From Chlorokybus atmophyticus (Eukaryota > Plantae > Mesostigma and Chlorokybus algae), in NCBI GenBank assembly GCA_009103225.1, contig RHPI01000671.1:405651-469650 (forward strand): 64,000 nucleotides of DNA. Direction: 5' to 3'. The notes under the pieces are model-generated. The model was not told the DNA's origin. It did no database searches and worked only from the letters and a program-made list of their open reading frames with translations. Below are positions 17,376 to 29,816 of this stretch, piece by piece. The position numbers and the translations under genes are program-made. How positions within the stretch are numbered: the stretch's first letter is position 1; each line of letters starts with the position of its first letter.

Positions 17376-19656
17376 ATGACGGTGGCGGTGGTGGCGGCGG
17401 GGTTGGCGGTATCTTCGTCCGGGTCGCTGCGGTCGTTGCTGACTAGCCGCGCGGGAGCAGCGTCAGCTAGGCGCAGGGAGGGCAGGGCCCTTGCCGGTGA
17501 GCTGCCGGTGGGCTACCGCCTGGCCGCCGCCTCATCCCCCGCCGCCGCCGCACCTCCTGTGAGAAGCAAGCTGCTGCGTTTGGGCAGGTGTTAGAAAGAT
17601 TACAGGAAGCAGTGTGTAATTCCCAGACAATAACCCAACATGGGTTGTTGTCTGGGTTGTTGTCAACCCAGACAACAACCCATTCGTAGTTGACACGCAT
17701 TATTGTCTTTGTGCGTCCTCTTGCCAATACAATCACCATCACTACCAGCCAGCTGCACTGTGTCAAGGAGTGGTGAGCGGTTGTGCGCTGCTGTCACGAT
17801 GTTGCTTTGCGCCGGGTTTTGAGTCACACTTGTTGGCAATTGTTCATGTGCTGGTTGGACACCACACAGACATCACACAGCAATGCACTCGTCCAGAGCA
17901 TAGCTTGTTGACACAACTTCAGCATGCTCGCACCCACATGCACACGCGCGCACGCGCACACGAACGCCCAAGTGTAATTGTGTGCGTGCTCGTGCGCGTG
18001 CGCGCATGTGCATACACGCAGCCTACAACACATCATGTGCCAAGCATGCTGTCAATCTCCACACACGCGCGCGCGCACGCCCATCCCCATTTTGCTCAAC
18101 ACCACGCTATCGTCCATGTCACGCAGGCGCCATGCCTTGGCGCGGCTGCGTCTCATCGCCGCCCGGCCCCTCTTCAACCACTACTACTCCACCCCCACAT
18201 TACCAGCAACACGCGCATGCACATCATCCAGCAGCGGTGAAGGAGTCCCCACTCACGCGAGCACGAGCGTTAATGGGGATAGCTCGAGTGGGGAGGAGAG
18301 GGTTGTTGCGGAGCAGAGGGTGCCCCTGAGCGTGGTGCTGGTGGAACCGAAGATACCGGGAAACACGGGCAGTGTCGCACGGACGTGTGCGGCGGCGGGG
18401 GTGAGGGGAGGGGTGTGATGTTGTTGAGGGCGAGGGGTTGGGAGACTGCTTGTGTGATTGGTCGGATGTATGTTGTATGCATGAGTTCAGCACGCACGCA
18501 CATCAGGTACATAATGCATAGGTGCACGCACGAGCACGCATGCGCACATGGGCATGCGCAGAGGCTTCTGAGCCTATGCGCGAGCTTGTGCGTACGCGAA
18601 CACACAGGCACACATGTGTGCGTGTATGTTCACGCACATACACACAGGCAATCATTGGATCGTTGCCACTCCTCAAGGATGCTCACGCGTTACAGTATGC
18701 AGGTTGGCTTGCACCTGGTTGGCCCGCTGGGCTTCACGCTCACAGACACGCAGCTCAAGCGCGCGGGCCTCGACTACTGGCCGTATGTGGTGTTCCAACA
18801 CACGACACTCACCCATCATCTAGATGTTGTGTGTCTCTCAAGCTAAGCTAAATGCCTAAAATAACATTCGTACTGCAGCTACGTCTGCGTCGAGGTGCAC
18901 GACAGCTGGCAGGCCTTCGAGGCTTACTTCGCACGGCAACCGGGGCCCAAACGGCTCGTTGGGTTCAGCGCGCGCGTGACAACAAACTACACAGTGAGTG
19001 TGTCAGGAAAGCAGAGTGGGTGGTGATGTGTGTTTGTTGGTTGTGCTCGAATGATGCGAAGGTTGTCATCGCAGAAAGTGCCCTATCGGGCTGGTGATTG
19101 GCTCCTTTTCGGCTCTGAGACGGACGGGTTGCCCAAGGAAGCGATGGAACGATGTCGAAGTGGACCTGATGAAGGTGAGACATCCCATGTGCGTGTCTGT
19201 CTGTGTATGCCTGTGCGTGCTTGCATGCATGTGTGTGTCTGTGTACGCGTGCACCTGTGAGTGTGCGTGTGCACGCATGCACATGGGTGGGGAAGGGAGT
19301 GCGTGGGTGGGAGTGTTGGTGCGCACAAGTGGTCCAGGCGTGCACGTGTGCACACAAAACTCATTGGCTTCTGTGCCTACTGGCTTCCCATGCCTATGTG
19401 CCCCTGCCTACCCCCACACGTACCCAGCCCACAACCCCAACTCACAACCCAACCTCACGCCCTCCCCCCCCCAGGCGGTCTCGTGACGATCCCTATCTGC
19501 GAGACCCACGTGCGTTCGCTCAACCTGGCGGTCGCGGCGGGGATCGGTACCTTCGAGGCGCTACGACAGATCGGGGAGGAGCAGGAGAAGGAGCGTGTGG
19601 ACACCCTGCGGCAGGATGTGCGGGAGCAGCATGCCGTCGAGGCAATGAGTTCGTAG
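17376..19656 (+). CDS. trmL: tRNA (cytidine/uridine-2'-O)-methyltransferase TrmL/SpoU, organelle-targeted (start at 17376 or 18116)
   Basis: VVLVEPKIPGNTGSVARTCAA, LHLVGPLGF, LKRAGLDYW, WLLFGSETDGLP, VTIPI...VRSLNLAVAAGIGTFEALRQ; TAG at 19654-19656; N-terminal Ala/Ser/Arg-rich presequence. Confidence 0.93.
17640..17683. repeat. Perfect 19-bp-stem hairpin within a three-copy foldback (17622-17683)
   Basis: atgggttgttgtctgggtt / aacccagacaacaacccat with a 6-nt loop; an additional near copy cccagacaataaccca at 17622. Confidence 0.9.
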
Positions 19657-20622
19657 CGCACACGCGTAGTAATTAGTGCGAGTGCTTTGCGTGCACGCGT
19701 GGAGTAGTAGGGAGCCGCGTGCGTGCGCGTGCGCGAACACATGAGCCCAGAGCCAAGGCGCGGTACGGGAGATGCAAATCAAGACCAGAGGAGAACAGAG
19801 CAGCTGCTGTGCTCGCGCAGCAACGCGGTGGTGTATGTGTGCATTTGCGCATGCTAGAAACCACCACCTTGATGTGACACGTGTGCGCCTGGACTGCGTC
19901 GCGCGGTCCCTCGTGTCCCACGCGCGTAGTGGACTTGTGTGCACAACTGCCCGGTGTGGTGTGTGTGGCAAATGCCGCAGCAATTGCTGCTGCTGGCTAT
20001 TTGCTGGTTATTTCCATGTATCATGGGTGGAAGCTGTCGTGAATAGTACGTGCTTGATGGGGTGAAGCAGGGAATCTGACCTGTTTGTGAAATGACGTAG
20101 TGGTGTGAGGTGTGTGTTGTGCTAGGTATTGGGGCAGTGCTCGTAGCCAAACCTGGTGCGTTTGCTGCAATAGAGAGTTGATGTTTGCGACTGTGCCGGG
20201 CAACCTTTTCGCTTCTGTGTAACAGATTTGCCAGATGCTGAGGCAGGAAGGAGTCTCCTTGAATGCACAAACCGCACACGTACGGTAGGTCCACCGTAGA
20301 AACACACGCAGACTCTCGTTCCCAGTCCACGCAAGTGCTGGCTGTAAAGAATGTTGCTGTGGACTGGCAATAGGCTCACATACGCACAGCAGGCCAAGAA
20401 GTTGTTCCACCAACATGCAATACTGTCATCACACAGACGAGATGCCCATCACACACAAAGCCAGCCATGAGAGATAGGGGGGCCCCTCTACAACATGCCC
20501 CAACCTGACACCCAACCCCCCCGCATTATGCTGAAGCTCATGCAGCCCACCCCCATAAACACGCGCGCGTGCACACACACTCGGTGTTTGAAACACCCAT
20601 ATGTTCACGAGCGACTCTGCTC

Positions 20623-21605
20623 TCATTCCCAGGTGTACATGTAGTACGGCAGCTCCATCTCCTGCCCGTCCCAGTACACGCCGTTCTGCACCGCGTCGTA
20701 CATGATGATCGCAGCGTAACCAAACACCGCCGCGATCACAAACGTCAGCACGAACTTGCTGTCGTCATCGTTGTCATCACCACCATTGTTGCTGTTGTTA
20801 TTTTTGTTGTCGTTGTTACTAATTTCCTGCTTGGCCCTCCTCCTCTCCTCGCTGTCGGCAGCGAGATGCAAGTGTGTGAAGGGTTCAAAGGCGAGTATAT
20901 GTTGTTGTTGTTGTTGTGGTGGTGGTGGTGGTGGTGGTGGTGGCATGCGGACTATGCGGCTTGCGCGTCGCCTGCGGGCCTGTGAAAGCGTGCGCGTTTG
21001 GTGTTGTTGGGTGAGGGAGGGAGAGCATGTTGTTGTGTGAGTGACGGTGTGGTGCTGGTGCGATTTGTTTTGGCACCTTGTTGGACGAGGGTTGGATCTG
21101 TGACGATGTGACACCGTTTGTGCTTGAGCTGGTACCTGCGTGGACAGCATAAATGACCCTGACCTTCCCGTGCAGTCGCATTGAATACCCAAACCGCTTG
21201 TGTGCATATGTGCACGTGTGCGCAAATGCGTGCGCGTGCACGTGAGGGGGTGGGAATGCATACACGTGCGCGTGCGTGCGTGCGTGCGTGCGCGTGTTTG
21301 CCTCTAATAACACTTATGAACGAGAGAGTTTCAAGGTGTAGAGTTCAGAACATGTAACAGCATCGCAGAAATGATTCAAGCGCAATTCACTCCGTTCAAA
21401 CGTGGCCCTAAGCACTGCAAAACATGGTTGGCTGAGTGACCATGTCACCGAGCCAACCATGCTGGCTGGCTTGCTTTGTTCAACAAAATCACGTCAATCA
21501 CATTGTTGGCACTGCTTCATTCAGTGCAGCCTCACCTGCATCGCATGGCCTCGGCGTTGCTGCCACCGCTGCCGCCGCCGCCGCCGCCATGGCCGCCAGC
21601 GACAT
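20623..21605 (-). CDS. Small orphan single-pass membrane protein (about 165 aa) with plastid-like transit peptide
   Basis: Three exons join in frame: MSLAAMAAAAAAAVAATPRPCDA | GTSSST...SNK | ARRRRASRIVRM...; TM segment FVLTFVIAAVFGYAAIIMYDAV; tail NGVYWDGQEMELPYYMYTWE*. Confidence 0.75.
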
Positions 21606-21826
21606 CGCCGCCCACCTACTGTACCACTGTACTACACGACCTTAATGCACGCCTGAATGCATCCTAACTTGCTTGGCTTGTGCCGTAGCGCACAAGCCTT
21701 GTGCGGCAGCGCACCAGCCTCGCGTTCACTGCACGAAACTTTTGGCTACGACAACAGACTTTTGGCTACGACAACATGTTCAAATTTCTGCTTTGCTTAA
21801 CGCCCTGCTCATGTGAAAATTTCCAA

Positions 21827-21870
21827 CCAGGCCAGACCAGGCCAGGCCAGGCCAGGCCGAGCCAGGCCAA
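21827..21870. repeat. (CCAGG)n pentamer array in a bidirectional promoter; second short array at about 22010-22035
   Basis: Direct read ccaggccagaccaggccaggccaggccagg... Confidence 0.85.
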
Positions 21871-22104
21871 GCGGTGTGAGGGGGCGGTCCATTGGCGGCC
21901 TGGCATTGAGCGTCAGTTCGCCCAATGAATGTGCACAAGGCGGCGGCGACGTGAGGACAGGACGTGAGCTCGCGTACATCCAGACTGGAAATCCTTCACC
22001 ACCAGCAGCCCAGGCCAAGCTAGGCCAGGCCAGGCTAGTTGGGCTGCCACAGCTCCGGGCTTAGCTCCCCCTCCCCTCCCCCCGGCCTGGCCAGTTTGGT
22101 TGCG

Positions 22105-25100
22105 ATGAGCGGGCTGGCGTCCTGCGGCGGGCGGACGGTGCAGCTGTGGGACTGCCAGCAGCAGCAGCAGGCAGGCGGCGGCGGCGTTGGCGTTGTTGGA
22201 GCGAAGCTGAGTGCTAGCGTGCAGTTGCCGGCGCAGCCGCATTGCGTGCGATGGAACCATACGAGTGAGTAGTAGCAACAACCCCACATTGGCTGTTGTG
22301 CAGTTGTGCGTGCACTTGCTTTTTCTCGTTGATGCTGACTTTTCGTTAATCGGGACCTTTTTGCCATGCACGAAAAGCGATGATTATTGTTAACGCAATG
22401 ACTAGTAACATCATTCAGCTCGCTTGATCGCAGCTTGCTGCACACAATGTCATGGAGAGGAAGGCTTGCTTTGTTTGGTTTGGCGTCATTACCATGCGCG
22501 CTGGCTGGTATATCCAGTAGCTTGTTGTGTCATTGTACTGTTCTCTTGTAGGTTCTTCTGTACCTTCTCTTGTGGTTACACAAAACAAGCACAATGCCAC
22601 TGAATGATATCAACCGCGCTGCAACACAACAACCTGCCGTGCCAGACATGCTACATTAGCTGACATACTACACTCATCTCATCCCGTCGTACAAGTTGTT
22701 CCAACATCACCAGCAGGGTGACATTAGTAACAATCCACATGTGTTACTTGGCTTGTTGCAAGTGGTGCAACAACAACAACAAAGAAGAAGCAGAGCGCTG
22801 CATCGTGCGTGCGTGTGCCAACATGCAGCGGGGCTCAACGTGCGTCTGGTTGGCAGATTCTGTGGTTGCGAGCGCGGGTGATGACGGCGTCGTGCGGCTC
22901 CATCTCGCGGATGGCAGCGAGCTTGGATGCATGCCAGAAGGAGGACAGCAGGTGGGTTGACACGCACGCACGCACGCACATGACATCATCAACATCACAG
23001 GCAGTTGTTTCATCAAAACAGGGGAGCAGTATTGTTGTCTTTGAGTCAAAGGATGACAATGATGACGATGACGATGATGTTGATGATGATGTTGATGTTG
23101 ATGTTGTTGTTGCTGTGCAGATGTCCCCCATTCTATCCATGTGCTTCAGCAAAGGCTCGCGCTACATCTGCTGCGCCACACAAAACGCCGAGGTACACAT
23201 CATCACTTTGAACCCAACATACGTGCACAAACCAACATCCCCCCCCTCCCCCCCCCCACACCCACTACCACTCAGGTCCGNNNNNNNNNNNNNNNNNNNN
23301 NNNNNNNNNNNNNNNNNNNNNNNNNNNNNNNNNNNNNNNNNNNNNNNNNNNNNNNNNNNNNNNNNNNNNNNNNNNNNNNNNNNNNNNNNNNNNNNNNNNN
23401 NNNNNNNNNNNNNNNNNNNNNNNNNNNNNNNNNNNNNNNNNCACTACCACTCAGGTCCGCATCTGGGACGCGAAGCGGCGCGCCCCCGTCCGCCTCCTGA
23501 CGGGTCACGCGGGGGCGGTGACGTGCGTGGTGTACTCGCCGGGGGAGCACCATGTGGCATCGTGCTCCGACGCGGGGGAACTGATACTGCACTCGAATAC
23601 GAGCGGGGCGAAGCTGTGCGCACTGCGAGCACCCAACACGCAGGTGAGTGGCTTGTGAATGCGACACACGCGCACGTGTCATGCATGCACACCCGTTTGT
23701 GCTCACGTGCACACACGCATGCATGCATTCTCTTTTCGGGCACAAGGATTTTAGGGTTGTTTTGTGTAGCGTACACTCTCACAGTACGATACAAAGCAAT
23801 TTGTGTGGTCTGTCATGCTGTATCTTCTGTCTCCCATGACTTGGTTGTGACAGACACACATTCTTGACGACATTTGTGTGGTTTTATGTGGCGCTCTCCT
23901 TTTGCACACATGTGAGTTGACAGCCTTGTTGTTGTCAGGGCGGTTGGCGCACGCTGCAGTACTCCCCACATAGGCAACGGCACCTCGCCGTCGCGGGGGA
24001 CGACGGCACCGTGCACGTATGGGACATGAACGTGCGCTCCATCAAGGTACAAGGCACATTGGGATGTATCCTATCAGGCCACTTCTTCACTTTGACTTGT
24101 CTCTCCTTGTGGTTGTTGTTCAAAAGGTGTCTTACACGAAAGCGCACAAGGCACCCGTGACGGCCGTCGACTTCAGCAGCTTGAGCCCCAACGTACAACT
24201 CACACTGTCAACGCTACTTGTCGTGTCGGTCGCGCATATCGCTAGTTGCCAACATGCCTTCATGTGCCTCGACGTGCGTGTGTACTCAGATGCTCCTGAG
24301 CTCTGGCCTGGACAAGCGTCTCCTCGTGCTGGACCTCAACGACAAGCGCAACGGCGTCGCGTACGACACGCACGCGCCCGTCACGAGCATAGCGTGCAAG
24401 GTGATGCGCATCAGTATCATGCCATTCCGAGTGCAATGTTGGAACGGTGTCATGCTTTGCAGGCGGATGGCGTGACTGTGGCCGCGGGGTTTGCTGATGG
24501 CGACGTCGCGCTGTATGACCTGCGCAAGAATAGGCCGGAGGAGGTTGCCCGCTTCCATGCATGCAACGGGGTGTGTGGCTTGACTCATCTGCACGCACAC
24601 ACACGCATGTACCCATACCCACGCATGCACGCGCGCACGCATGCACACACGCACGCGCATGCACATACATATAGACGTGCACCCACATGCGCGCGAGCAC
24701 ACGCACATGCAAGAGAGAAAACACGCTACTAACTGTGAGAGAAAAAGTTGTCACAGTGTTATTATGCGTGCTTTGCAGGCTGTGGAGTGCGTGCAGTGGC
24801 AGAACGCTCCCGCCCTCGAGACCGCTTCCACAACAACAACAACTGCTGGAGGCGTGAGCGACACATTCAGCAGCGGCCCGATAACGGATCCTTCCCCCCT
24901 GTTGGGTCCGAGCAACTTGGACACGCAGCTCGTACCCGACGCCGACATCATTGCAACAACCCAACAACAACAACAACAACACGCTCGCAAGGAGGATGTG
25001 GCTAGTACAAAGAGCCACAAGCCGCGATCGCCGTACACGCCGGCGGGACAGATGCACGCGTTTGCGAGTTTGGGGAATGGGGTGAGTGATATCAACAACA

Positions 25101-26875
25101 ACAACAACAATGGGGTGAGAGCCACGCTGAGGGGAGCAAGTGGTGTGGGGCAGATGGCGAGTAGCAATGGTGGGGTGCCGGCGGCGGCGGATATAGCGAT
25201 GTTCTCGCCGGTGGTGGAGGTGAGAGTAACAAGAGTGTGCGTGTGTATGTGTGTGAGCGTTTGAGCGTGCGTGCGTGTGTGCGTGCGTGCGTGCGTGCGT
25301 GTGTGTCTGTGTATGTGGGTGGGTGGGTGGGTGGGTACGTGTGTGTGGAGCTTATGTGATGTGTTGTGCTCCCCTTGCAGGTGAAGCCGATCACGCCGAT
25401 GTCGGAGTCAGGTGTCGGCATCTCACCCGATAGTACGGTGCGGCGATCGAGTCAACATTCGATCATGTTTATGCGCGTGCTTGGTGCATGGTGGCGTGTG
25501 GGTTTGCCTGTTCGTGTGCATGTGCGCGCGTACTTGGTGCGGTTCTCATGGTACAATTCTGTTGTCTGCAGCCGAGTGTGCAGTACGCTTCTACAGCAAC
25601 TGGTAAGCATCATTTTGAACAAGCAGGATACAGTCACATAGCACCCTGCAACACGACGTGTAGCATGCACATGGGCAGCTTGCATGATCGACAACAAACA
25701 TGTTTGCGCAGATCGCTTTGCGATGGCATGGCACGGGTCCGGCCGAGTGAACCCCTCCGAGTCCATGGAGGGACCCTCCGGGTAGGCCATCACTTTCACC
25801 CCAACATTTGCATGCACAACAAGCTCCCCACATCTCACTCAGACATTGACCACCGATTGCCGCTCAACGACACCGTTGTTAAACTGATACAATGCAAAGC
25901 CCCTCACCAAGCAAGTGTTCTGCAGGCATCCTGCCGGCAGCAGCTACACAACCTACAACAACATGGACACCACCCACCCGCACCACCACCACCACAACAT
26001 GCCCTTCGACACGCCCACGTCGTCCTACCGACCCTTCGACCCCTCCGAGTCCGATCTGCTGGCCCGAGCAGGAGACAACACTCACACCAGTCAACATCAT
26101 CCACATCACCAGCATCCACATCACCATCGTGCCACGAGCATGCAGAACCCGCTGTTCGATGAGGATAATGGCGTCGGGGAGGGCGTTGGCGATGTGGCGC
26201 ACTTGGGGAGGCCGCCTGGTGGGAATAGGTTCCAAGCGTCTGTGCGCGGGGTGGGGGAGGGGGAGGACTATGCGGCAACGACGTCGGGACAAACGCACGT
26301 GAGTGGGGTAGGGGTGCTATGTGTGCCTGTGTGGGTGTGTGCATCTGGGCGCCTGATTTCGGTCAAACAAAATAAATACGCGCGCAAGTGTCTGTGTGCG
26401 CGTACACGCACACGTGTGCTCGCATGCGCGTGTACGCGTGTTTACAGCGTGCGTGCATGCGTGCTTGCACGTGTATTGGACACTAGTCTCTCGCACACGT
26501 GTGCGTGCGTGCAGCACTAACACACAATCTCCTTCCAGCTGCATGCGGCGCAGCTGCTGAGGTCGGCAGTGAACGAGAGCGTGGGCGAGTTGAGGCGGGA
26601 GATGCACGACAGCATACAGAACCTCCACTTGGACTTGCTGCGGCAGTTCCACATACAACAGGTAGGTTAGGTCGGTCCCAATATCATCGATCACATGTCA
26701 TGTGTGGACCCTTGCACGTGAGTGAGGTGTGTTTGCTGCTGATGTTGGGGTGCGTTGCTCGCGACAGATGGAGTTGGGCTCGCTTGTGGACCAGTTGTTT
26801 GCCAAGCAGAACCTGTTGTTGAGCAAGGTAGAGTCTCTGGAACAGAAACTGCAACACCGCAACGGCTATCTATGA
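22105..26875 (+). CDS. NEDD1: NEDD1/GCP-WD gamma-tubulin ring complex targeting protein
   Basis: ASCGGRTVQLWD, CVRWNHTNSVVASAGDDG, FSKGSRYIC, LTGHAGAVTCVVYS, AVAGDDGTVHVWD, HKAPVTAVDFS, SSGLDKRL, AGFADGDVALYDLR, low-complexity linker, and C-terminal coiled coil REMHDSIQNLHLDLLRQFHIQQ...; TGA at 26873-26875. Confidence 0.93.
23281..23441. other. Assembly gap (161 N) with duplicated flanks
   Basis: 18-nt cactaccactcaggtccg is present on both sides (23263-23280 and 23442-23459). Confidence 0.95.
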
Positions 26876-27812
26876 TGTGAAGGATAACACACACGTCTTC
26901 TGTCAAGCGGTTGCATGCATGTCGCACGTGTAACATGACACTCACAAATGCTATGCATGGATTGGTAAGTATGTACATCATAAGGGTTACGAACGAGAGG
27001 CGGGAAGTGACCGCTTTGTCAGCATGTCAACCAGCTGGATGGCAGATGCATGTATGAACAAAATGCGATGTGGGGTGGCGCATGCATAGCGCATGCACAA
27101 AGTGTCACGCTCACACAACATGCACGCAGCAGCCAGCCACATAGGCATGTTCTATCAACCACCAGGCTCATCTACTCCTACCAACTTAGCTACTTCCTAT
27201 ACTACCGCTGCACCCCATTAGTCATGCAAGCATGCATAGTCATCATCATCACCTGCCACGGGCTGCTGTTTTCGATCAGCAATTGTTGTTGACTGTGGTT
27301 CTGCGGGTTGTGTGTCGCGAGGCCACCCTCGCGGCTGTGTAACGGTTATATGCTAAGAACAGCCAGCAAAGGCTGTTGTGTTGGGATGTCATCGATTGGT
27401 TGTCTGGACGCATGTGCCTTGCAACCGCGTCAAAGGTGTGCGACACTACACTAACGCATGCGGTCCATGCTAGCGCAACGGCAACTGCAAAGGCACTTCT
27501 GACCAAGGAACCTGCAATGTGTCAGCTCCGGATTGCACACCAATCCAACACACTGAGTAACAATGTGTGCTCAGCATATGCACTCCAGCACGCATGCACA
27601 CGCATGCGCGGTTGCAGGGACCAACGCACCCGCTCCCACGCAAGCACACCAAACTCATTGCTAATGACAGACACCACTGGTAGCCTTCCGCAATGCTACA
27701 CCCGCCCCAACACGTTCCACGTGACTACGCACACCCGTGTACGTAGTCATGCATGCATGTACATAGCCACGCGCACAGTCGTCCACGCCAACACAACGAC
27801 ACACAATCATCC

Positions 27813-29363
27813 TCACTCGTCCGCTGCGCGTTCGGCGAGGTTGGCCGTGTTCTGATCGGCGCGCTGCTCGTTGTAAGGGAGGAACTTGCCGTTGAGGGTG
27901 ATGACGACGCGATCCTCGCCATCGGAACCTTTGACCTTGTCTACCGCGCAGAAGAAGTTGATCGCCGACATGCTGAGAGAGAGAGAGAGAGAGAGACACA
28001 CACGCATGAAGAGAGAGGGCAATGATGTGTATGTGGGTATGCATGTGCGCACATACACACACATACACACACACGCACATGCACACGCGCAAGCACGGAC
28101 ATGCACACACACACGGACGCACACACACGCACGCACACGCACGCATGAAGAATCTGATGCCGCAGTTGTGTCACGTTGTAATGTATACTGATGTATACTG
28201 ATGTTTTTCAAGTGTGCTTACATGCCGTCTCCAAACTTCTCGTTGATGAGCTCCTTGATGGCCAGGGAGTAGTGGTTCATGGCCTCGCGCAGACGATACA
28301 CCTGTGCATCGCGTTGAGGATTACAAGATGCACACATGCAACAACAACAACAACTTGAGAGCTCAACCACATGACTGTGTTGCATGTGCAAGCAACGAGA
28401 CTCACGGTTGGGTCGTGGACAATGCGCTCGTCAAAGGTGCGCAACGGAGGCTGCAAAACACAAAGAGAGAACCAAACAGGTTGAGGAGAAGTTGTGCACA
28501 CGAGCTTTGATGCGTGCGTGCTTGCGGATGCGTGTGCGTGTGTGCATGTGTATGTGGGCGCACGCACACACGCACGCACTTGTGCATGTGCTGTTTGATA
28601 TTTGATACATGCACCACGATAGAATGAACCTGCAGATCTGTCTACCCCACCTTGCTCATCGTCGCAACCTGCTCATCAGTCAACGCCGGCACCGCCTTCT
28701 TCAACTTCTCTGCCCATGCATCAAGCAATTATCAACAACAACAATCGACCAACACACAAAAACCACTACAACAGCGTGTATCGATGACTCGCACATGGCT
28801 TATCTGTTAGCGTACCTGCTGTGTGTGGTTTGAGCTGCGCCTGGTTGAGGAACAGCTGCGCGGCGTATGCGTTGGTCACACCCAACTCGCTGGCAATCTG
28901 ATCAAACGACTTGCCGCTCTTCTCCTGATGGGTATGTGCAAGTGTATGTTGGCATGCGTGTTTTGTTATTCGGTGCGTCTGTTTGGTTGGTGCGCATGCA
29001 GTGCAATCCTGCTGATTATCATGAACCCAACGCAGAAGCTATCTGACCTTTCATGCAGTCATGTCCACTTTTGTCAACGTCATTGTTCACGATAGTGAGA
29101 TAACGGATGGGCATAGCAGAGATCATGCATAGCAGCATATCGTGCATATATTACAAGCGTGCATGCATGCATGCAACGTGCATGCGCACGTGTAAAACTT
29201 GCATGCATTGTGTGCCTGTTTGTTTGCACGGACGCAAAGGTGCAATGCATGTTGGGACTTCGAACAACACCTCTTGATTTTTGCAACATTTTCGAGTGAC
29301 AGTAGAGTAGTGGTAGAAGGCTGAAAGCATGCAGCCAGTCGGTCAACTCATGAATGTAAGCAA

Positions 29364-29430
<67 letters not shown>

Positions 29431-29504
29431 CAGAGACTCGCTCTCGCCTTTGCGGCCATGAGCTGCTCCACCAGCTCCGCCTTCTGAGTGAACAAGTGCG
29501 CCAT
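27813..29504 (-). CDS. CYN: Cyanate hydratase (cyanase), 6 exons
   Basis: [19 protein letters not shown] | [33 protein letters not shown] | [11 protein letters not shown] | [15 protein letters not shown] | [27 protein letters not shown] | [15 protein letters not shown]...[13 protein letters not shown]. Confidence 0.96.
29368..29428. repeat. (AG)n microsatellite in cyanase intron 1
   Basis: Direct read of about 30 units. Confidence 0.96.
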
Positions 29505-29808
29505 CTTTGCTGACACTATTCACACCAAATCAACACTTCAACTTGACCACAACCAGCACAAACACACAAAAAAATCTTCTCTGCTTACACACTCCTGCCC
29601 AATCGCTCCTCAAGTTTGCATGCAATTGCAAGCCACACAGCAGATTGCCACATGCAAACCTCCTGTGTTGATTTTTCTTGCTTGCTTTACAGGCGCACTG
29701 CTTGTGCGCGACAACGCACAAGCTTTTGCAATCTGCCTCTTAGGTAAAACCCTGGTTGTATTAAAACCCTGGTTGTATTAAAAAGTTTTCACAACTTTTT
29801 AATTTAAC

Positions 29809-29816
29809 TAGGGTTT
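29809..29816 (-). promoter_or_regulatory. Telo-box-like motif (AAACCCTA) between cyanase and the SP-RING gene
   Basis: TAGGGTTT on the + strand; adjacent 17-bp direct repeat aaaaccctggttgtatt x2 at about 29747-29781. May instead overlap a splice acceptor. Confidence 0.45.

Noticed and set aside
17200-17600. Non-canonical genetic code (TAG/TAA = Gln), suggested by protein-like frames broken by TAG here and at about 47050-47200
   Set aside because: EMG1 (KWNIL*) and RPF1 (RFVL*) end in TAG and THOC3 in TAA at or near the expected family C-termini; the 17.4-kb minus frame is the antisense of the TrmL transit-peptide exon
23455-23500. Apparent frameshift in NEDD1 (ORF ending ..PPSAS*)
   Set aside because: Recounting shows the exon is in frame (VRIWDAKRRAPVRLLTGH)
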